From: Hydrolagus affinis
Lineage: Eukaryota
Assembly: GCA_012026655.1 (NCBI GenBank)
Contig: JAAILG010000169.1
Location: forward strand, 62,001-126,000
Reading direction: 5' to 3'
DNA length: 64,000 nt
Both the position numbers and the translations under genes were made by a program. A model generated the notes under the pieces. The model was not told where the DNA came from and did not search any database. It worked only from the letters and a program-made list of their open reading frames with translations. This document shows positions 24,201 through 36,200 of the stretch, in pieces (within the stretch, counting starts at the first letter, position 1; each line of letters starts with the position of its first letter).

Positions 24201-27200
24201 GAGCTTAGTGCGCTGTTGTCGACCCCTTCCACTCTACTCTGGTCCCTACCTGACTGTTCAGCGCTTTGGGACGTCAGCCCAATATGAAAGGCATTATATA
24301 AATGTAATTTTGTTGCTGTTGTTTCAATAGCCAATGTTGGCTCGTTGAGCTTGGGATTTTCCCGAACGGTTAATTGGGCCATCGTTAGGATTGGTTGATT
24401 TACTGGGTCCGGTTTTGCCAATTGGCAATTTTACTGGCACGAGATTCCTATCGTATTACGTTGCTTCATTTGAAAATCTCGCTCAGAAAGAGAAAATAAA
24501 CTAGTATCACTTGTGTACTCAAACTAATAAAACAAACGGGCTTCCATCTCTGGCTGACTGTTGAATTGCATGTGGAGCCCTGTAGCTCAGTGGTTAGAGC
24601 ACCTGCCTTACAAGCGAGAGACTTGGGTTCAATTCCAGGCAGGGCGAAACATTGGGCATGTTTCCTTACTCCACACAACTAATAGTAATCCTTCAAATTA
24701 AAACAATAAATAAAATTGGTCATTTCAATCCACGACATTGTGGGACACTGCTGTGCACAATTAGGTGCCACGTTTCACCCACATATACAGTCAATTCACT
24801 TAACAGTATATTCCGTGAAGCAGTTTGAGACGTCTAGAAGACGTGAAAAGCATTATATCAAACACAAGGATTAGTATTAGTATTATTTATCTGGGACTCA
24901 CCAGGAATATCAGGGTGGTCTATGCAGGCTGGGTCATTCTCATCAACACAAGGAGCTTCAGTAACATTCTCTCCGTCTGACCTGGTGGGCAACAGAGTTG
25001 CTGCAGAAGTGGTGGGCTCTGGAAGAATTAAAATAGACTTAGGTTAAGTTACACAATGATTGCAAAACAAAAAAGAAAACAATGGACGTTACAAAAAATG
25101 CAGAGGCGAACGGGCAGTTCGTTGTTCGAGCCATTTCACCATCTAGGGACCCGCAAGACATTTGTACAGCGAAAACATTGCCCCTTTAATTCCTGTCTTC
25201 CACTCCCCATCTCCATCTGTATCTGAACAGTTTACTCAACCATTGTACAGCAAGATGGAATGTGTTTGGTGTTGGAACAGCACTGAGCACTGATTGAAGC
25301 ACATTTCTGCAAATGCAGATTTCTGTCTCTCTCGCTCCCTCAAACCTCAGCCTGATCGCACGCAGCAGCAGCTTTTGCGAACATTAGCAGATAACAATCA
25401 TTTTAGGAATGTGGACCATGTACTAATGCCCGCTGTCTTGGGCCAATTGGTTTGCTCATTTTCTTTAATCTCGCTGCTAATGTACATGATATAAGCCTTT
25501 AGACCTCATTTGGATCTTATATTAATTATATTACAGGCGGCTCCCTGCAGCAGCAGAGCCCGACAAGAGTGACAAATTGTCTTCATTTTGCCGCTGAATG
25601 AAACGAGACCCAAATCCGCTCCACAGATGGGTTTCCTTATCTCGGTTGCAAGTTATGAAAATGGGACTTCAATAAATGCAAATGTTATTAGAAGAAAATT
25701 ATGGTGATATTGCGTTTTAAAAGAAATCCGTGACCAATTTAACGCATAATGAGTTCTGTGAAATCTCTCATTTCAAAGATCCTGCTTGGGTTATGCCTCA
25801 ACTTAAGATGGCAGTGGGGGAGGGGGTCACAGTTAGTATTCTGCAGAATGTCTAGGGTTTCATATTGAGACAGTATTATAAATATTAATGAACTGCGCTC
25901 TCTTTTCGAAGTCCAACTTGGCTCTGGGTCAAATCTGTCAAAAGCGAATCATGCCTTGATTACAATAGCTTTTAAAATCCTTCTGAAGCTTTTCATCAAG
26001 TCACTGCGGAGATATGAAAATATCTTTGTGCAATTGATTTCTGGTCACCAACATTACACCTCCTGTTTTAGGGGGCCCCAGAGTGCGAAAAAAAAAAGGC
26101 CTTTAATAATATTAAAAACTATAAAAATANNNNNNNNNNNNNNNNNNNNNNNNNNNNNNNNNNNNNNNNNNNNNNNNNNNNNNNNNNNNNNNNNNNNNNN
26201 NNNNNNNNNNNNNNNNNNNNNNNNNNNNNAAGAGATTTGGATGAGATCTCCAAAGGACAGTGCCCAGAGGCTGAAAACAAAATGCTGGGGGGTGGGAAGG
26301 GGCGGGAGACAAAAGGGAAGAGGGAATGAGAGACCGTGGAGAAGAATTGACGAAGGGGATGAAGACTATTGCACATACAAGAGAGGAACTACCAAAGTAG
26401 AAGAGTGAATAGGAAAACATGCCTTGGGGAAGACGGTAGCAATTATAATAATAAATCAAAACCATTATGTTTGGTACATCTTCTTTCATGTCAGGAGGAC
26501 ATCCCAATGTACTTTGGAGCCTGCACTGTAAGCTGCAGTGACATTTCATTTCTGTTTGTTTGGGGTGTGGGGTGTGGGACACAGGGGAGAAGGGAGCAGG
26601 TAGTTGTAAGTCAGGACACCAGATGAAACTTCTGTTTTCGAATAGTGACACGGGATCTTTAGTGTCCACCTAAACAGGCAGATGGGGCCTCAATTGAGCA
26701 TTGCCTAAGGACTGGACTTCCACTAGATTGAAGCGTCATCTTAGACTACATAAATTCTAAGTCCCAACATGGGGCTTGAACCTACTGACTTGGAAGGTGA
26801 GAGTGTCACCAACTGAGCCAGGCTGGCACAGAATGGCCAGAGAACAGGCACAATTAATATTGATATAACGTTACCTGGCACCACCCACCCCGCCCCACCC
26901 CACCCCAGCCCACTTCACCTCTTCTCCCTCGGTATTTGATTTATTTCATTGAAGATAATGATAAACCCGGAGGCGATAACAAACTATTGAGAGTGGACAC
27001 AAAGTAAAACGTGGGGTTAAAAGGAAGACTTGACTGAAAGATGAAGTAATAGTGCTACTCCCAACATCTAAAAGGTTATAATTTAAATCCCATATTCACT
27101 CTAAAAATGCTTTGGGCATTGGAATCAAAAGCAGATGTCTGGGACTTTCACACTGGAGGCCAATTGAGTGGGACCATAAGGCAGTGCTGTGTGTGTAGTG

Positions 27201-30200
27201 CCACATTAACATCCGTACCCGCAGATGGATAAGCATCACTCAGATCTGCTCGATTTGTCGTTCTGTTGAAAGGAAGTTCTTTTTACGTTGGGAGTCTGCT
27301 GGGCAGCCAATTGTGGATTATGTAATGAGAAAACTGACCAGTGGAAGGGGGGGGGTAGAATCGCCACAGGGTGGGAGAGGCAGAATTGGGAGCTCTGCCT
27401 CCTCAAGGCTGATTAAGAACAGATCCTTTCATTTGACGACTTCCTGTGTTGGGAACTTATAAGCCAAGTATTCGAGATGTGGTTTCACAAAATGCTTCCC
27501 CACACCCAAACATCTGGTGAACAGCCCCGAGCTTTGAGTACACCACACCACCCCCCACCCCCATCTCCCTTCCCCCTCACAGACACACACACACACACAT
27601 ACTCCAAATGACAATTAGCGATTCATACGGCAATTTAGTGAAGTACACTCAGAACTTTCAGAATTCAAGTCACTCTTGTTCATTCAGCCGCACGCAGACA
27701 TATTTCAGAGCTGTCAACGGATCAATTTCACACATGCCCTTTCAAAAGGCTTGGGATTTTACAAAACAACATCTGGGTTGCATCTTAAGATCATTTCATG
27801 TTTTACGTATTTTACACAAAATTCCACACCATAACACAACCAGGTGGTTACAAGTGAAGGAAGCCTGTAAGACTACGCACGCATGCACGTGTATATATGT
27901 ATGTATGTGTCTGTGGGTATGTGTTGGAAGACATGAGAATATGGTGCGAATGAGAAAGCTAGTTTGAGAGACTATGCGTGTCTCCAGACTGGGAGAAAGG
28001 GAAAGCAACTGAACGCAAGTGTGTGGTGGAAGACTGATGAATGCAGCTGTGCAGGTGAGATATAATAACCCTTGGATTTGATGTAGCACCTAATCACATT
28101 GTCAAAATGCCTCAAAGTACTTAACACCATATATTGAATTGCAGAATGTAGTGACTGTATTTGACACCATCTACATTGTAGAATATAATGACTGTATTTT
28201 GCATCTGAATGCAACAGCAACATTCCACAAACAGGCATGTAAAGTAGGGTCCAGCGATATATCGGTTATATTGGTATAATTTTTCATATCAATATACCGA
28301 TATTGGAAATTTGAATATATCGGTATATCGAAAAATTCAGTATGAAAAAAAAGTATATCCACAAAATATCGGTATATCATCAACAAATGCCACGTTACAG
28401 CATACAGAAAATATACAACCAAAGGTTCAAATGTACTTGACGACACAACGCACACAAGAGCTTAATTTTGTTAAAGCGCTAAAGGGCTCTATCAACAACA
28501 ACAAACAACAAAAACAGTAACAACAAAGTTCAACAGACTTTCAACAGACCTTGTCGCCTGCACTGCAAACCTCCTGGGCGTAGAGCATGCATATCTGAAT
28601 GCGCGCGCATCCCCCTTCTTCCCTTCCCTCCACCACCAAACTCAATCAGAATTGCGCATAACCCTCCCAAGCCATTCATATGTAAAGGTTTGGAACGTGG
28701 GTAAAAAAAACCTGGTGATATCGATATATCGGTATATATCAATATGAGCCCACCGATATATCGGTATCGGAAAAATTCAATATCGACGGACACTAATGTA
28801 AAGTGAATGAACAATTTTATATGGGGAAGTACTAGCCATGACACTGGGAGAAATTCTCTTCTCTTTTCAAATAGTGCCATAAAATCTTAAATGTCCATCT
28901 GAAAAGGCAGACTGGGACCTTGGTTTAATATCTTATCTGAAGGACAGCACCTCCGACAATGCAGCAAATACCAGCATCACCCTTGAGTGCCAGCCAAGGC
29001 TTTGAGTTTCAAAGTTGTGAAGTGGGAGCTTGATCCCTCAACCTACTGACTAAGAGGTGTTGCTGCGTGACACTTTGTGAGCCTGTGGCTATATGTAATT
29101 TTGCTTGAGGCGACATCTGATAGAGATTCATAGGATCCTATTAATCAAATGGCATTTGCCAAATTGGCCAAGAAATTACTTGTTTTTTTGCCTTTCCTTG
29201 CAATATGATTTATGGAAGTGGTATGGAAATCTATGGCTTGGCAAGCTGTGAACAGCAAGTAAGTGCAAGTGAAGCTATGTCCGTTCTAGGGCCCAGGCCT
29301 CTACCTTTGTTGACACCTTTGCAGAGGATTAGTTGGCAAGCACAACATACCAATGAAATCGCAGCCCAGCAGTTCCATACGCATTCCGATTCCAGCAGGA
29401 GACCACCTCTCCGGATAGACACGGACATATCGGGCTGGCACGGATTCAAACCTCCGGATCTCTGGAGTATCATAGTTTGTGTTCCCTTCAAACAGCTGGA
29501 GGAAGAGAGACCAAAAAAATCAATATTCCAAAATGACCAAATCTGTATCTATAAATCGAAATTCCAAAGTGTCACAGAAAACATCATACACCCAAGTTAT
29601 GTGTTGATACTGAAATGTACAAGGTTTTGAGCATTCTCTGGGTCATATGGTCATAGGGGAAAAAGATGATGAAAAGCTCTTTAAGGTAACTGAGAGAAAT
29701 GAGTTTCGAACAATCCTCGACACATTTTCCACTGAACAGTCGGTCTCCCCAATGCACTATCACCAGCACTGAAGCATGAATCTCCCCCCAAACAAGCTCT
29801 AAAGGTTCACATGTCGAGAAAGCAGAGGATTGTCATTGTTGTGTTAAAAAGCAAAACCTCACATGGTACCAGGTTTCAAGTGTGCATTTCCAGGAAGTTG
29901 GAATATGATTCTATCCAAGGAAACTCCAGCAAAGTGTCCTGTCCTGATTATTGTCCACTCTATCCACTGATCCCTTCTGGAAGTGTATGTATACGGATCA
30001 TGCGCGAATGTAATTTTATTGTTGTTGTTGTTGTTGTTCTGAAAGACAGAATCTGGCTTGGCTGTGATACCCTTCCCTCCCCTTGGTGCAAACCCCCTCT
30101 TTGTGTGGGGGCCACATTCACACATGAAGAATAACTGACTGAGCAAGATTCTGAGCCATGGAATTACTGTCCAGCAATGAGTCACTATCCTCAGGAAGGA

Positions 30201-33200
30201 TGGGGAAGAGAGTGAGTAAGTAGAAATACAAACAAACACAACTTCGCCATTCTTTGGGAACGCCAACCCTTGTGTTACTCATACAAGAGACAATATAAAT
30301 GCGGAACAAAACGATTGAACACCTACCTTGTGCCGCATTCCTCCAGATTCCTTAATGAATGTCCAGTTCATCCCATTCATGCTGTGAGCCAATTTAAACC
30401 TCCGCACAAAGGCCTTGTTTTCTGTCCCTGTGCCACCATCGCCCACGGACAGTCCCCTTGCCCCCTGGATAATGATCGCCCGGACAAGTTTTGGAATCAG
30501 CAAATCCACCTGGAGCCATTCGGTGCCAGCTGGGGGGTTAGGTGTTCTGGGATACCAACCCAAGCGGCTGGCAACAAGTCGAGCACTGCCTGGGGTCCAA
30601 TGGAAGTCCCTTGTGGAGGATGCAGTGATCTGGGAATCGGAGATGAGGCCCGAGAGCATTCCAAGTGTGTCGGAGCAAGGTCCTTCTGCGCACAGGGAAG
30701 AAATCAGTAACATGAGAAAGGGTCCCCCTTTAACCAGGAGATCAATTCTCTCAGGTTGGAAACAAAGCACCCTTTCAGCACGGAACTGGGGAGAGTGGAG
30801 AAACATACCACTCATCTAAAGTGACCTTTCCTTTTAATACTCAACCCACCTATAAAATGTGAACCAATTATCCTGCATACAATACTAAAGCATTCAATCC
30901 CCAGCCAAATTGCACCCAGGTACAAATTTCACAAATCTAATCCCATTTGTCATTTCTATTACTACAGTTTTGAGTAAATTATGAATGGGGCTGTGGGATA
31001 GAATAACTTGAAAGTGCTTTCTTTCTTTTTGTAGCTAATTTTTCTCTCCTTTTCTCCTACTGTCTCCTCGAGGCAGTGTGACTCACGCCGGCACACAGAA
31101 CCACAAGTGCCCTTCACCCCAGTGACTGATGTTCACCATTATATGGAGACGTGAGGCAAATCGGAGCGCTCTCCATTGCTCTGCTATTTGGAATAGACTG
31201 AACTCCTGGCCAAAGATCCCCTAATTAATTTTGGTAATTGTGGGAAATGGCTCTGTGCAAATTGACTGTCACGTTTGCCCACATAACACACAGTCACTAC
31301 ACAGCATGTACTGTAAAGAGCTTTGGGTTGCCCTGCTGGTGTCTATGGGCTTTACCAAATGTAATGATTTATTACTATTACAATTACACGGTGCAGTTTA
31401 CCCCATAAGCAATTTTTTAAACTGGTTTCCATTAATGTCAGGATCTGAGTGAAATCCTCGACGGACCATTCAATGCCTTTGTAATAACAACAAATTACAG
31501 TACATTTCTATGGTGCATTTCATGTTTTCAAGATGTCCCAAAGTGCTGGACAGTCAGGGATTTGGACCTGAGCCGGTGGTTGGGATCTGGAGCGGTGGAG
31601 GACTGGAAGGGTAGGGGTAGGAGGGTGACCATGGGATTGGTCGAAGAGGAGGGTCTTGAGTCATGTCTTGAAAGAGCAGCAAGGGAAGGAGGAAGGTGAA
31701 AGGATTGTGGCATGGAGTTCCAAAGGGCACAGGCTGAAGGCCTCACCGCTGATGGTGGGGCGAGCCAGGTGGGTGACGTAACCTGCTGAGCAGAGGGAGT
31801 GGGCAGATCAATATGGCGTTAGCACCCACAGAGGTGGGAAAGTGAAAGAGCAAGCCATCGAGGGCTTTGAAGGCGTTTTGTTTACGTGGGAGTTTGAGCA
31901 TTTGACTGAAGCAGCAGTGGACAGTGAAGGGATGGGGGATGATGGGAAGAAATGCAATACCTGTGATTTGACAGCCATAGACCTCCAATCGCAATGATAT
32001 TCCGTTGTGCCATTCCTGAGGCTTGATCCGAACAAAGCGACCCAGGACTGGTGGAGTCAGTGTGTTGAGGACCACCTCGTTGCCGTCCGAGTTGGCTGAA
32101 AATATCTGCAAGAGACGGATTTGTGAATTGCTCACGTGTCCTGAAAGGGCCATTCAACAACAACTTGCATTTACATAGTGACCCTCACGCAGAGTAACGT
32201 GCCATAGAGTGCTTCAGGCAAACTAAATCACTCAGTTACCACACCATGCAAAAAACTTGCACCATTGCGGACTTCACCCCATATCACTGCACCTCCTAGG
32301 GCACTGATCTCCCAACTGGTTAAAAACCACTAGGTGGAGTCTAGCACATGCTCAATAAATACAAGAAGCAGGAGCGATATTCACCACAGTTTAAACGATA
32401 CCATTTATAAGCGCTCTAGGACACCACCCTGCGTGACGGGCACCAATATTTGGAAGTTCTCGTTGTTATTTTGATTTCCAGATGCATGAAATATCTTGTG
32501 TATCTGGCTTTGTTTGACAAGACAGTTCTATCGCTCCTTCTCAGCCTTTTCATCATGTACGAGAGTGCACCACCTACCAGTGATCGATTGGTTGGGAGAC
32601 CACTGTCCTAGGGCTAAAGCTTGCCTGGAAACTCACTGGCTCGAATGTCGGTCAAGCAAAATCTCCACAACATTCTTACTTTCAGTCACTGTCCACTACT
32701 GAAAACCTTCTCTGCTTCCCTCAACAGATTAAATTTATCTCAAGCACAGAAAGCATACAGCCCATGGAGCATTCATTCTAGGACTGAACTTCCCCGTTTC
32801 TCCCAACACTGTTCTCAGTTGGATATTTTCTCAGTTCTTTTATGAAAGTTTAAATATTTTCTGATAGTTTGGGAAGTGTGATCTTATAATTGCTCTCTCA
32901 GTGACAATAACTTGCTCTTTGAGGGTCCAGGGAGGTGAGTGGGGGGGGAGGGGGGGCAGTGCGGGACAGGATCTATGAGTGAGTGGCGGATACAAATGAT
33001 GCTGCATTGGAACAAGTGCTGACAAGATCACATCCCCTGATAATGCGCCTTTGTCTTTCAGCCCCCCCCCCACCAGCCCCAGAGGACGAGCAATGAAGTG
33101 AGCAGGAGCAGTGAAGTGTGCAGTGTGCAGGCTGTGCTGGTCCTGACTCCATTGTTCATTTCACCTCACGTAATGAATAAAGGGAACCCAGAAATCCAAT

Positions 33201-36200
33201 ACAGCCAGCAAAGAGCCAAGTGATGCTTTGGGCAAAGTTGAGCGATAGAAATCAACAAGAAGGGACCACAGTGATAGCTGGCCTCTGTGTTCCAGATGGA
33301 CTACAGTGTCTGCTTACTGTCACCTGCTGCAAACAACTGGTTTTATATATTGTAATCAGTTTTATAAAACAGTACATTAATCAACACACTATCTACGATA
33401 ATGATTCATTTAGCACTCAGTCAGAACAGTGTTACAGTGGGGGACAACAAGAGGATGATACATATGGTCTCTCCATTAGCAAGAGTCATAAACAAGGTGC
33501 TTTATAGTGAGCATCTTTAGTGAAGCTCTTGCTATATCAGAGTATTATAGTAATAGGCATCTTGTATTAAAGTACTGACTTTCATCTCACTGTATTCTAT
33601 TGGTCTGTTACATGAGTGTTACAGTAAGGGTTTGTTATATCAGTGTTACAGTCAGCTTGGTTCTATGAGTGTTACAATGAGTGTGTTACATCAGAGTGTT
33701 ATAGAGAGAGGTCTTTTATATGAGTGTTACAGTGAAGGGTATGATAGTCAGAGCATTACAATCCGGGTGTGTTACACGTTCTCATTGATGTCAGACGGAA
33801 TGTTGTAAAGAGCTTCAATCCCACAAAATAAGAAAACTGCAGGCAGATTGGATTAGCATTTTTCTGCAACACTGAAAAAAAAGCTATTTCTCCTCTTCAG
33901 CAACCGCTGATAGAATTCCACCTTACAATTACAGACTGAGACGGTTATTATATAATCTTAGGAGGCCTCAAATACATCCGAATGAATCAGTCCTCTCCAC
34001 CAGTTTCAGCAACTCTTGAAAATCACTTCATGTTATCAGCATGGAGACAGTCAGCAATAAACAAACGGTAAGAACAAAAGCATTCTGTAAAAATGTTGCA
34101 CGGTGCTGGGGAAAAAAAGGTGTGATGATAGCAGCTTTCGTTCTTCAGAAGGCAGCCAAATAAATTAATTCCTTCACAGTGGTTCTAACAGAGAGACCCG
34201 CTCTCCCCCATGGTAGATATTGTAGCTTGGGAAGAGCATTTGGCCTATTGAGTCGAAACTGGTTCTGGCTTATGCATTGGGAGCAACTCCTAAAATCCCA
34301 ATTCCTTGACCATTCTTCGTACTTTGCCAATCCCCCTCCCCCAGTAAAAAAAAAGTGTGGGGGGTGGGGGGGGTGGTCCTTATAATGAGTCAACACCAAC
34401 ATGTACACAGACTAAATGTCTCAAAATGAGTGCGGTGAATACTGGATCTCATAAAAGAGAACTGTTGATCTGATCACAACAGGCTCTCTTAAAAAAGGAG
34501 AACCAGCAATCTGATTATGACACTGTTTCTCTCTTATAAAGGAGACCCGGTAATGAGAGTCAATCACTGAACAGTGAAATAAATTTCTCAACTGAACAGC
34601 CGAACGCTGACAGATGATTTGCTGCAATGCGTTTCACCAGTGGGAAGCCTGCAGTGTCAACCGGTAAGTTTTATTTTCACTGGAGTGAATTATAACTGTG
34701 GATTGGGAGGCGGGAGAGGAGGGAGGAGTAGGGAAGGGGGAGGGGGAAGAAACCAAACGGACTGAGGAATTATTGTCAGTGCCCCGCGGTATAAAAGGCC
34801 TGCTCTACTTTGAAGAAGTAGTTAATTCAGATTGAATTGCCATGCCCCAAGTGCATGTAAATGGGCTAATTATGTATTTGAAGGTTGCTGGAACTGATGA
34901 ATTTTAGCTACACTTCTAACCTTTACAGCACAGTACCCCTGGGACCAGAAGAATTCCAAGACATCTGCTCGAACATTACTCTTATTCAATCTGTAACAGA
35001 GCTGTAGTTACATTGCTGTAAAACAGTGTGAGGAGATTTACCGCCTTCTCTTTTTGTTTAAGATATTTATTACAATGTCACACAGTGGAATTTTCCTGAC
35101 CTATTCGCCCGCACTCCAGCGTCCACTCCCTGTGCTGTTGCCTGCAGCTGGACTCCACGTTACTACGAAAAAACCTACTCTCCACCTGGAATGCTCGACA
35201 ATTCCCGGCGTTTTATGTGGGAGGGGAACACGAGTTGGGCTCAAACATTACAAGCGATTATGTAACGCAAAGCTGTCAACCTATCACCAACCACCATCAT
35301 TTCCCCTCCTTCCCCCCCCCCCCGCCGCCCCCGGCACAAAGAAAGGTTCATGTTCCCCACATAAAGAAACTCTTCCCCTCTACCAACCCCCCTGCCCCCG
35401 CATAAAGGAGTTATTGCCGCTGCCCCACTCGCATATAAATACAAGAACGCAACAACTTGCATTTATATAGTCCCCTTCAAGCAAGGTAGCATCCAGGAGA
35501 TCTTTAATAGAGGTTTATTCCCGCCCACCTCCAATAAAGAGAGGCTGTATCTAATGTGCACACAAAATCTACCTTGAGAGTGCAAGCTGACAAGAAATTT
35601 TACAGTGATGATACACCAGCAACATAAAGTGCAATGGGATCACGTGATTGAAATTGTGGTGGCTTAATTGTTGGGCCCAGGGGAATAAGGTAACTTGTAC
35701 ATATTACAAATACACTAATCGCTTTAATACTCACAAGCACATGGGCCTCATCTACCTGATTTGCGTATGATGCAAACCCCATTCCTCACAAGCCTTGGAA
35801 CTTGCAATGTTTGCCTCAATACAGAGGTAAGGATACTCTTTCAGCAGAGTGAAATCAATTTGTCTGTCAACACCAATACAGCTCTCAACCTGCCGGCCGA
35901 CCAGCCCAGACGTCTACATCTCAAGGACCTTCAGTCTCCTGGGGCAGCAGGGCAGAGGCACAAGGCAGAAAAGGCAAAATGTTTCCCCCAGAGGTTGAAG
36001 CCTGTCGTCCCAGAACGCTGATTGCTCTAAGTATCATTACATGTCATGGCTGCCCGCCTGCCCCCTGGTGTAACATTAGTTTGTTTACAGCCCAGTAAGG
36101 GGCCAGACACTTTGTGATGCTCCTTAATTCATGGGACATGGCAGCTGTCAGGTTCCGCTTCCCCCTCTCCCAATGGAATTACTCTATATCAGGAGAGTCC

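Noticed and set aside
24573-24645. tRNA-like sequence with box A and box B
   Set aside because: It is the head of a SINE and continues into the SINE body and tail, so it is not a tRNA gene.
25956-26669. ORFs spanning the N run
   Set aside because: Artefacts of translating through the assembly gap.
32296-32345. Possible tiny hAT/MER5-like remnant (cactgatctcccaact...ggttaaaaaccactag)
   Set aside because: The inverted match is too weak and there is no convincing TSD.
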